Assembly (NCBI GenBank): GCA_039679545.1 | Contig: JBDKUT010000103.1 | Coordinates: forward strand, 1 to 32,114 | DNA: 32,114 nucleotides | Direction: 5' to 3' | Origin: Thermotogota bacterium | GTDB lineage: Bacteria > Bipolaricaulota > Bipolaricaulia > UBA7950 > UBA9294 | Shown: piece after piece, positions 8,875-17,096 of the stretch | Numbering within the stretch: position 1 is the stretch's first letter | How the letters are laid out: each line of letters starts with the position of its first letter | Notes under the pieces: model-generated | Database searches by the model: none | Told to the model about the DNA's origin: nothing | Seen by the model: the letters and a program-made list of their open reading frames with translations, nothing else | Made by a program: the position numbers and the translations under genes

Positions 8875-8958
8875 GGGGCGCCCTTCGGTTCGTTCTTCGT
8901 CGCTTTCGGGTGTACGTGGCTTGAGATGGATGTTGCTGGTTTTGGAGCAAGGAGAGAC

Positions 8959-11900
8959 ATGAAGCGGTACGAGAAGCTGGAGAAGGATCCAATCGCCCGC
9001 GAACTCGCGGTTCTCGAACGTTGGGAGCAGACAGACGCGTTTGGCGAATCGCTTCGCAGAACCGAGAGCGGACCGCGGTACGTGTTCTACGAGGGTCCGC
9101 CCACAGCGAACGGACGCCCGCACTTCGGACACCTTATGCCCCGCGTCTACAAGGACCTCTTTCCCCGCTACAAAACGATGCAGGGGCATTACGTCGTGCG
9201 CAAAGGGGGATGGGACACCCACGGGCTCCCGGTCGAGCTCGAGGTCGAGAAAGAGATCGGCGTCAACAGCAAACCCGAGATCGAGAGCTACGGAGTCGAG
9301 CGATTCGTCCAGAAGTGCAAGGAGTCGGTGTGGCGATACAAGGCCGAATGGGAGCGGCTCATCCGGCGAATGGGGTTCTGGATCGACCTCGAGAACGCGT
9401 ACGTCACCTACACGAACGACTACATCGAGTCGGTCTGGTGGGAGCTCGCGACGATGTTCGAGCGCGGACTGCTCTACCAAGGGCATAAGACGCTCCCGTA
9501 CTGCCCGCGGTGTGGCACGGGGCTGTCGTCGCACGAGGTCGCTCAGGGGTACAAGGCCGTTGAAGATCCGTCCGTGTTCCTGCGCATGCCGATCGTCTCG
9601 GACGCGGCTTCGGCCTACAAGCTGGACGGCGCCGTGCGGACCTCCCTCCTCACGTGGACGACAACGCCGTGGACGCTGCCCGCGAACGTTGCGCTCGCGA
9701 TCGCCGCGGACGAATCGTACGTCGAAGTCGAACAGGACGGCGAACGGCTGGTCCTGGCGAAGGCCCTCGTGGGACGGGCGCTTGTCGGCGACGCCCGTGT
9801 CGTGCGCGAGATCTCGGGGCGCGACCTCCTCGGGGTGCGGTACGAGCCGCCGTACAGGCTGACGAGCGATCCTGCGGCCCATCAGGTCTACGCCGCCGGG
9901 TTCGTGAACATGGACGACGGCACGGGAATCGTCCACGTTGCGTGCGCGTTCGGAGAGGACGACTACCGACTCGGTCAGGAAGCAGGGCTTCCGTTCGTGC
10001 AGCCCGTGGACCTCAGCGGACGTTTCACCGAGGAGTTCCCGCTCTGCGTCGGCACGTTCGTCAAGGACGCGGATCCCGTCGTGATGGCCGACCTGAAGAA
10101 ACGGGGGCTCCTCTACCGGAGCATGCCCTATGAGCACGACTACCCGTTCTGCTGGCGATGCGACACGCCGCTCCTCTACTATGCCATGGACTCGTGGTAC
10201 ATCCGCACGACCGACTTCAGGGATCGGATGATCGAGGAAAACGAAAACATCTCCTGGTATCCGCCGCACGTGGGCGAGGGCCGGCTGGGCGACTTTCTCG
10301 AGAACCTGAAGGATTGGGCGCTCTCCCGCGACCGGTACTGGGGGACGCCTCTCAACTTGTGGGTCTGCGACGAGTGCGGAACCGTGTCGGCCGTGAAGAG
10401 CCGCGCCGATCTGGTCGCGCGGGCCACCGACCCGGAGCGGGCGCGGACCGTCGAGCTGCATCGTCCCTACGTCGACGCGATCACGCTGCGCTGCGACGCG
10501 TGCGGCGGCGTGGCGCGACGTGTTCGCTACGTCATCGACACGTGGTTCGACTCCGGGAGCATGCACACCGCGCAGTGGCACTACCCGTTCGAGAACGAGG
10601 ACCGGTTTCGCGACAACTTCCCCGCCGACTTCATCTGCGAGGCGATGGAGCAGACCCGCGGCTGGTTTTACACCCTGCTCGCGACGGCGACGATCCTGCA
10701 CGGGGAGGCACCGTATCGAAACTGCATCGCCACGGGGCTCGGCCTCGACGAGGAGGGCCTCAAGATGTCCAAGAGCAAGGGCAACGTCCTCGACCCGTGG
10801 ACCTACATCGACCGGTTCGGCGCCGACTGCATCCGCTGGTACCTCTTCTCTTCGAGCGCTCCGTGGAAGTCGAAGCGGATCAGCGAGACGGCGGTTCAGG
10901 AGCCGCTCTACAAGTTCCTCGACACGGTGCGGAACACGTACGACTTCTTCGCGCTCTACGCGACGATCGACGGCTACGACCCTGGCGTGCACCCGGCGAC
11001 AGAGACCTCGTTCTCCGTCCTCGATCGCTGGATTCGGTCGCGCTTAGGGACGGCGACCCGAGACGTGGTCAAGGCGCTCGACGCGTACGACGTGGTCTCC
11101 GCGGCGGCGGCCCTCGAGTCGTTCGTCGATGACCTCTCGAACTGGTACGTTCGTCTGTCACGACGGCGGTTCTGGCGCGGAGGGATGGGGGAGGACAAGG
11201 CGGCGGCGTACGGGACGCTGCGGGAAGCGCTCCTCGTCCTGTCGAGGCTTCTCGCTCCGTTCGTCCCGTTCTTGGCCGACGCCATCTACCAGCCGCTTCG
11301 GTCGGACGGTGACCCCGAGAGCATCCATCTGTGTGCGTACCCCACGGTCGACGAGGACGTCGTCGATTCCGCACTCGAGAGCGAGATGCAGCTGGCCCGC
11401 TCGATCGCGGCGTTGGGTCACCAGGCACGGAATCAGGCTCAGGTCAAGGTTCGACAGCCCCTTGCCCACGTCGTGATTGCATCGCCGGGCGACGTCGCGC
11501 TGCGCGCCGAAGTCCAGGAGCTGATCGAGCGGGAGCTGAACGTGCGGCGGGTCGACGTCGTAAAGGATCTCGGGACCTACCTGACGGAGGCCGCGGCGCC
11601 GAACTTCCGATCGATCGGACCGAGACTGGGAGCGTCGGGGCCAAAGGCTGCAGCGTGGATCAAAGGGCAGAGCGCAGCGGCGCTCCGAGATGCCCTAGCG
11701 AAGGGACCGGTCTCGATCACGCTCGGCGGCGAGACCGTGGAGATCTGCCCCGAAGACGTGACGTATACGGCGACCCTGTCCGAGGGGTATGTACAGGTGG
11801 AGGCGGGGTCGGACCGCCTCCTTCTGGACACTCGGATCGACGACGACTTGCGTCGGCAGGGGTTGTTCCGCGAGGTTGTCCATCGCATCCAGGTGGCGCG

Positions 11901-12123
11901 CAAGGACGCGGGGTTCGACGTCACAGACCGCATTTGCCTAGCGTACGAGGCGGACGCCGCGCTCGGTGCGATCCTCGCGGACCATGAAGAGGACATCGCG
12001 GCCGAGGTCCTCGCCGTGAGCGTAAAGCACGACCTGAAAGGGAAGCACGAGTACAGCCAGGCGGTTGATCTGGATGAGGGACACCACGTCGCGATCGGAT
12101 TGACCCGGGTGCGAGACGCGTAG
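8959..12123 (+). CDS. ileS: Isoleucine-tRNA ligase, type 2 (archaeal/eukaryote-like), 1054 aa
   Basis: AAGGAG RBS before ATG 8959; FYEGPPTANGRPHFGH, GWDTHGLPVE, WTTTPWTLPAN, DWALSRDRYWGTPL, QTRGWF, KMSKS; type-2 C-terminus (REVVHRIQVARKDAGFDVTDRI). Confidence 0.96.
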   Translation: MKRYEKLEKDPIARELAVLERWEQTDAFGESLRRTESGPRYVFYEGPPTANGRPHFGHLMPRVYKDLFPRYKTMQGHYVVRKGGWDTHGLPVELEVEKEIGVNSKPEIESYGVERFVQKCKESVWRYKAEWERLIRRMGFWIDLENAYVTYTNDYIESVWWELATMFERGLLYQGHKTLPYCPRCGTGLSSHEVAQGYKAVEDPSVFLRMPIVSDAASAYKLDGAVRTSLLTWTTTPWTLPANVALAIAADESYVEVEQDGERLVLAKALVGRALVGDARVVREISGRDLLGVRYEPPYRLTSDPAAHQVYAAGFVNMDDGTGIVHVACAFGEDDYRLGQEAGLPFVQPVDLSGRFTEEFPLCVGTFVKDADPVVMADLKKRGLLYRSMPYEHDYPFCWRCDTPLLYYAMDSWYIRTTDFRDRMIEENENISWYPPHVGEGRLGDFLENLKDWALSRDRYWGTPLNLWVCDECGTVSAVKSRADLVARATDPERARTVELHRPYVDAITLRCDACGGVARRVRYVIDTWFDSGSMHTAQWHYPFENEDRFRDNFPADFICEAMEQTRGWFYTLLATATILHGEAPYRNCIATGLGLDEEGLKMSKSKGNVLDPWTYIDRFGADCIRWYLFSSSAPWKSKRISETAVQEPLYKFLDTVRNTYDFFALYATIDGYDPGVHPATETSFSVLDRWIRSRLGTATRDVVKALDAYDVVSAAAALESFVDDLSNWYVRLSRRRFWRGGMGEDKAAAYGTLREALLVLSRLLAPFVPFLADAIYQPLRSDGDPESIHLCAYPTVDEDVVDSALESEMQLARSIAALGHQARNQAQVKVRQPLAHVVIASPGDVALRAEVQELIERELNVRRVDVVKDLGTYLTEAAAPNFRSIGPRLGASGPKAAAWIKGQSAAALRDALAKGPVSITLGGETVEICPEDVTYTATLSEGYVQVEAGSDRLLLDTRIDDDLRRQGLFREVVHRIQVARKDAGFDVTDRICLAYEADAALGAILADHEEDIAAEVLAVSVKHDLKGKHEYSQAVDLDEGHHVAIGLTRVRDA

Positions 12124-12132
12124 GAGGGCGAA

Positions 12133-13398
12133 ATGTCGACGGCGGTTCTGGGACTGCAGTGGGGCGATGAGGGCAAGGGAAAGATCACGCACCTGTTGGC
12201 GAGCGAGGCGGACATGGTCGTTCGCTTCAACGGCGGGCCCAACGCCGGCCACACGCTCATCGATCGCGGAATCAAGTTCGGCACCCATCTGATCCCGGCG
12301 GGCGCGTTCTACCCCGGCGTGACCTCCGTTCTCGCGGCAGGAATGGTGGTCGACATCGAGCTCCTCTCGAAGGAGATCCGTGCCGTGGCCGACCATGTCG
12401 GCGAGAGGCCGCGGGTCCTTCTTGCCGAGAACGCGCACCTCATCCTTCCGTATCACCGGACTCTCGAGGAGTTGGAGGGAAGCGGAGCCCGGTTCGGGAC
12501 GACGCGGCGCGGGATCGCTCCAGCCTATCGCGATAAGGTCGCCCACGTCGGCGTGCGCGCCGGAGACCTCCTTGTGCCGGAGTCCCTGCGTCACCGGATT
12601 GCATGGCGCCTTGACCTCCTCAAGCGCGAGTGGCCGACGAGCGAAGAGATACAGGCGTACTCCGCCGATGCGCTGGTCGAGGCTCTGCTGGTCGCTGGAA
12701 AAGAGCTTCGCGACAGGATCTGCGACGTGTCGCCCGTCGTGGACGAAGCCCTGCGGAAGGGGAAGCAGGTTCTCTTCGAGGGGGCGCAGGGGACACTTCT
12801 CGACGTTGACTTCGGAACCTACCCGTACGTGACATCGTCGTCGACCACGTACGGCGGGATCGGACCGTCCCTCGGCATCGCGCTTCCGCCGATCGACCGC
12901 CGCGTGGGAGTCGCGAAGGCCTACTTGACAAGGGTGGGCGAGGGTCCGTTCCCTACGGAACTGGAGAACCAGGTTGGGGCGGGCCTTCGGGAGCGTGGCG
13001 GAGAGTACGGCACGACAACCGGCCGACCGAGACGGTGCGGGTGGCTTGACCTCGTGGCACTGCGCTACGCGGCGACGTTGAACGGAATCACCGAGATCGC
13101 CCTGACGAAGCTCGACGTCTTGAACGAGTTGGATGAGATCCGCGTCTGCACGGCGTATCGCATCGGCGGGCAGAGCGTGGAGCGGTATCCGCTCTCGGGG
13201 GAACGACTCGCACGCTGCGAGCCGGTGTACGAGACTGTGCGTGGCTGGCGGGAGCCGCTTGGGAGCCCCGTATCGGTCGCGGCGCTTCCCAAGGCGGCGG
13301 CGAACTACGTGGGGCTGATCGAGAAGAAGCTCGGGATTCGGGTGGGAATCATCTCGTACGGTCCACGACCGGAAGAGACGATCGGAACGACGCTTTGA
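12133..13398 (+). CDS. purA: Adenylosuccinate synthetase
   Basis: GLQWGDEGKGK, GGPNAGHT, FEGAQG, GTYPYVTSS, TRVGEGPFPTE, GTTTGRPRRCGWLD, TKLDVL. Confidence 0.97.
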   Translation: MSTAVLGLQWGDEGKGKITHLLASEADMVVRFNGGPNAGHTLIDRGIKFGTHLIPAGAFYPGVTSVLAAGMVVDIELLSKEIRAVADHVGERPRVLLAENAHLILPYHRTLEELEGSGARFGTTRRGIAPAYRDKVAHVGVRAGDLLVPESLRHRIAWRLDLLKREWPTSEEIQAYSADALVEALLVAGKELRDRICDVSPVVDEALRKGKQVLFEGAQGTLLDVDFGTYPYVTSSSTTYGGIGPSLGIALPPIDRRVGVAKAYLTRVGEGPFPTELENQVGAGLRERGGEYGTTTGRPRRCGWLDLVALRYAATLNGITEIALTKLDVLNELDEIRVCTAYRIGGQSVERYPLSGERLARCEPVYETVRGWREPLGSPVSVAALPKAAANYVGLIEKKLGIRVGIISYGPRPEETIGTTL

Positions 13399-13423
13399 AA
13401 GGCTCGACTCCTAGAGTTATAAT
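13395..13423 (+). promoter_or_regulatory. Near-consensus sigma70 promoter for rplM, overlapping the purA stop codon
   Basis: TTGAAA (13395-13400), 17 nt spacer, TATAAT (13418-13423). Confidence 0.8.
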
Positions 13424-13459
13424 CCACCCTCGAACCGCAGACCTTGGAGGAGTTCCAAC

Positions 13460-13909
13460 ATGCAACGGCAACGGACGTTTCTGGCGAAGAACGAAGAGAT
13501 GGGGAAGACGTGGGATCGTGAGTGGTACGTCGTCAACGCCGACGGGAAGCGACTCGGTCGGCTTGCCTCGGAGATCGCCGTCATCCTTCAAGGGAAGCAC
13601 AAGCCGATCTACACGCCCCACGTCGACACCGGGGACTACGTTGTCGTGATCAACGCCGACCGGATTGAACTCACCGGCCAAAAGTGGGATGACAAGCTGT
13701 ACCAGCGGCATTCAGGGTACATGGGCGGGTTGAAGTCGATGTCCTATCGCCGGCTGATCGGTCGTCACCCCGAGCTCCCCATCCGGGAGGCCGTGCGCAG
13801 GATGCTTCCGAAGTCGATCCTCGGCCGCCAGATGCTCCGCAAGCTCAAGATCTATGCGGGTCCCGTACATCCCCATGCGGCGCAGGGCCCGAAGGAATTG
13901 GAGATCTAA
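13460..13909 (+). CDS. rplM: 50S ribosomal protein L13
   Basis: [75 protein letters not shown]. Confidence 0.97.
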   Translation: MQRQRTFLAKNEEMGKTWDREWYVVNADGKRLGRLASEIAVILQGKHKPIYTPHVDTGDYVVVINADRIELTGQKWDDKLYQRHSGYMGGLKSMSYRRLIGRHPELPIREAVRRMLPKSILGRQMLRKLKIYAGPVHPHAAQGPKELEI

Positions 13910-14070
13910 GCGAACCTCGGCATTCGGAGCCCGTCGCCCGGACATCTGTCCCGGACCCCGTAGACAAAGTCGGACAAGCGCTTCGACACCGTTCCTTCTT
14001 CGCGGTTTCTCGCAGAGCTAGACTCCCTTCATACGCTACGAGGCTTCACAATGGGTGGTGGGGAGTGAGA

Positions 14071-14697
14071 ATGTCCGATCGAACGCGCCATACCGCGAGG
14101 TGGGTTGTCGCCGTCGTGATTGTCGCGGCGGTTGCTCTGGGATGCTCCGCTCGGCCGAAGGTCGCCGTGTTCTTGCAGGCTGCGGCGGCTGTGCCGACAG
14201 CGGATTTGGAGATCCTCAGGAACTACGCCAGTCAGCGCTGCTCGGTCGTGGCCGGGTGCGACGTCAACACCCAGGGGGATTTGATGCTCGCTCAACGGCT
14301 GACAGGGTCGTACGTCGGCAACAGCATGACGGTCGAAGGAATGCAGCGCCTCGCCGAGGCTCTGAATGCGGACCACGTCGTCATTCTTCGGATCGTTCAG
14401 TGGCAAAGCCAGATCTCGTACCGACCCGAACGTTCCCTCGTCCTCCTGGGAGCGACGGCGTTTCTCGACACCACACTGCAGATCCTCATCTCGCCCCTGG
14501 GCCTCCTGTTCGGAATCGACAAGGTCGCTACGGTGGGGATGTTCGTGTCTGTCTTCAGCCCAAGAGGGGACGTCGAATTCACCACGTCGGTGACGTGCGA
14601 GGACCGTCCGCTGTTCTCGCTCCTCACCGCGGACCCCGTGGAAGCCGCGAAGGATGCGATTGATGCAGCCCTCTACCAGGTCACTGTGGCACTGTAA
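14071..14697 (+). CDS. Hypothetical lipoprotein (208 aa)
   Basis: Basic N-region, hydrophobic stretch, ALGC lipobox; GGGAG RBS; internal hydrophobic segment; no family recognised. Confidence 0.7.
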   Translation: MSDRTRHTARWVVAVVIVAAVALGCSARPKVAVFLQAAAAVPTADLEILRNYASQRCSVVAGCDVNTQGDLMLAQRLTGSYVGNSMTVEGMQRLAEALNADHVVILRIVQWQSQISYRPERSLVLLGATAFLDTTLQILISPLGLLFGIDKVATVGMFVSVFSPRGDVEFTTSVTCEDRPLFSLLTADPVEAAKDAIDAALYQVTVAL

Positions 14698-14732
14698 TGA
14701 AGATGGAAACCGGGAAGGAGGCGGATTGAAGC

Positions 14733-14775
14733 GTAATCGGTGTTACAGACTCCCCGGGGGAGGATCTGCTAGAGT
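14733..14775 (+). promoter_or_regulatory. Putative extended -10 promoter with upstream GTA-N8-TAC palindrome
   Basis: TGcTAGAGT at 14767-14775; GTAAtcggtgTTAC at 14733-14746; no good -35. Confidence 0.35.
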
Positions 14776-14836
14776 GATGTTGCATTCCTGCTTTGAACAC
14801 GAAGAGAAGATGAATACGCCGACAAAGGAGGTAGCA

Positions 14837-17053
14837 ATGAAGGTGAGAAAGGTCAGTATTCTTGGCCTTTTCCTCCTTCTGGCGGTGGTCGTTCTCCTAC
14901 TTCCGACGACGGGTTTGGCACAGGGAGACGGCTTCTACACTGTCAGTCAAGGGGAAACGCAAGTGCAGATCGAACCGCTGGCCAATGCGGCGGGTGCGGT
15001 CGCGTTCTACAAGATGACGAACATGCAGTCAGCGACGGGGCTTGAGAAGCCCAACACCGCCGTGGTGTTCCTGTACCGGGATACGGCGGGGGGAGTCCTC
15101 TCGCTGTTTGTGATCCTGGGCGCTGCGACCGGCACAGCGGGCTCGACGACGATGACGCTGTCCGGGGTTCCGGCCGGGGCCAGCTTCCTCGTCAAGGACG
15201 ACGCAGGCGACTTCCGCGACACGTGGCAGCTCACGCCGCCCACGGGCAGCATTTCGTGGACGTGGGACCAGGGTCGCGGAGACGGCATGGTGTTGGGGCC
15301 GCTCGGCACGGAGTTCTCGGTCACGCTGTTCCCACAGTTCTCAGCCGGCATCACCCGGGTTGTGTTCTTGTCCGGGAGCCTTGCCAGCCCCACCGAAGTC
15401 ACACTGAACCTGCTCGACCCGATCATCGTGGCGGGCACGCCGAATGAGCCTCCGCAGGTCGGGTTCACGGTCTCTCCGTCGAATCCGCGCATCAACCAAC
15501 CGGTGACGTTCGACGCATCCTCGTCGTTCGACCCGGACGGTCAGATCGCCAAGTACGAATGGGATTTCAATGGCGACGGCCTGTTCGACTCGACGACCAC
15601 GGAGCCTACGGTCACCTATACGTACGCGACGAGCGGTGCGAAGAGCGTGACCGTTCGCGCGACGGACAATGAGGGGGCGACGGCTCGATCGACGCTCTCC
15701 GTGTCGATTGGGGATCTCGCGGTGAAGGTTACCCGGACGATTTCCACCTCGGCGGCGCTGCCTGGGAGTACGTTCCTGGTTGTCGTTCGGATCGAGCCGC
15801 AGATGGATGTGGCCGGCGTCGGTCTCCAGGAGAACCTCCCGGTAGGCTGGAAGATCAAGCCGCTCGAGAACGCCGGTGCCGCGTTCAAGCGCGCGTCGGT
15901 GCAGTGGGTGTTCGTCGACCAAATCCGAGCGGGCTCGACCAAGATCATCTCGTATGAGCTCTCGGTACCGTCGAGCGACCAGTTGATCGCGACAACGCTG
16001 CCCGTGTGCTTCACGCTGACGGGGACGTTCCAGGCGATGACACCGTTTATGGAGCTTCCGGTCGAAGGGGACGCAAAGATTGAGGTCTCTACGGCCCTGC
16101 CTCTGAAGGAAGCGATCGCCCATCTCGTTCCTCGTGTCGGTCTCGACACGGAGGACACGATCGACCTCCGACTGTCGCAGAAGATTGACCCTCAGCAGCT
16201 GAAGAGGGCGCTCGAGATGTGGCAGAATGACGAGGTTGTGCCGTGGACGCAGGGTTCGACGATCAGCCTCGAGCAGATGAAGGAGCTGTCGGCGTACGCG
16301 TATACGTGCACGCCGGTCGACCTGCCCCTGCCGCTCGTGCCGCCGGCCCGCATCTCGGCCGTTCGCACGATCGCAACGCCGGTGCCGTGCAACAACGTCC
16401 TGCTCAACTACTACGGACCGGGCGGCGACAAGGCGGGAAGCACCTTCACCGTGAAGGTCGAGGTCTGGGCCGACCAGGACCTCTACGGCGTTGGGCTCAA
16501 GGAAGAGCTGCCGACGGGGTGGAAGGTCATTCCGATCGAGAATGACGGACTCACCTACAAGCGCTCCCGCAACGAGTGGGTGTGGCCGACAAAGCTGCCG
16601 GCCGGGGTGACGAAGACCGTCATCTACCAAGTCGAGGTTCCGCAGACCGAGATGATCGAGATGGCCGCGAGCGATCCGTGCTACGCGAGCAGCAACGATC
16701 TCTACGGCGTGGTGGACTCAGCTCTGCCGTGCATGGACACACCGGTGACCGGCGACAGCGGCGTCGACGTCAGCGACTGCCTGTCCGTCCTGGTGGCGAT
16801 TTCCCGCTGGGATGTGGACCACGATCGCCTGGACATCACGCTGTCGGACAAGATCTCGTTCCAGCAAGTTCAGCGGGCGATTGCCTTCTGGCTGGAGGAC
16901 GAGGTCGTTCCGTGGACGTGCGGTGAGACCGTCGGGTACCACATGCTGAAGGAGATCATCGCCTACTGGCTCACGGGGACAAACATCTGCGACCCGCTCC
17001 CCGTGATCCCCGACGGCCCGTGCGATCCGGATGCCTCGGTGTGCGACGGCTAG
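14837..17053 (+). CDS. Secreted modular protein (738 aa): N-terminal domain, PKD, two tandem beta-sandwich + duplicated-helix modules, Cys-rich tail
   Basis: AAAGGAGGT RBS; signal peptide ending ..TGLA; PKD (VTFDASSSFDPDGQIAKYEWDFNGDG); internal repeat visible as E.LP.GWK and DEVVPWT.G...PLP occurring twice. Confidence 0.85.
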   Translation: MKVRKVSILGLFLLLAVVVLLLPTTGLAQGDGFYTVSQGETQVQIEPLANAAGAVAFYKMTNMQSATGLEKPNTAVVFLYRDTAGGVLSLFVILGAATGTAGSTTMTLSGVPAGASFLVKDDAGDFRDTWQLTPPTGSISWTWDQGRGDGMVLGPLGTEFSVTLFPQFSAGITRVVFLSGSLASPTEVTLNLLDPIIVAGTPNEPPQVGFTVSPSNPRINQPVTFDASSSFDPDGQIAKYEWDFNGDGLFDSTTTEPTVTYTYATSGAKSVTVRATDNEGATARSTLSVSIGDLAVKVTRTISTSAALPGSTFLVVVRIEPQMDVAGVGLQENLPVGWKIKPLENAGAAFKRASVQWVFVDQIRAGSTKIISYELSVPSSDQLIATTLPVCFTLTGTFQAMTPFMELPVEGDAKIEVSTALPLKEAIAHLVPRVGLDTEDTIDLRLSQKIDPQQLKRALEMWQNDEVVPWTQGSTISLEQMKELSAYAYTCTPVDLPLPLVPPARISAVRTIATPVPCNNVLLNYYGPGGDKAGSTFTVKVEVWADQDLYGVGLKEELPTGWKVIPIENDGLTYKRSRNEWVWPTKLPAGVTKTVIYQVEVPQTEMIEMAASDPCYASSNDLYGVVDSALPCMDTPVTGDSGVDVSDCLSVLVAISRWDVDHDRLDITLSDKISFQQVQRAIAFWLEDEVVPWTCGETVGYHMLKEIIAYWLTGTNICDPLPVIPDGPCDPDASVCDG

Positions 17054-17096
17054 CGCCGCCGCACACCGAGTGCTCCGTCGAGGGAGATGACGCGTC

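Noticed and set aside
13935..13990. Recurrent GAC(A) words and a GGACA-tc-TGTCC palindrome after rplM
   Set aside because: Short, irregularly spaced and plausible by chance; not a CRISPR or iteron array, and no rpsI remnant.
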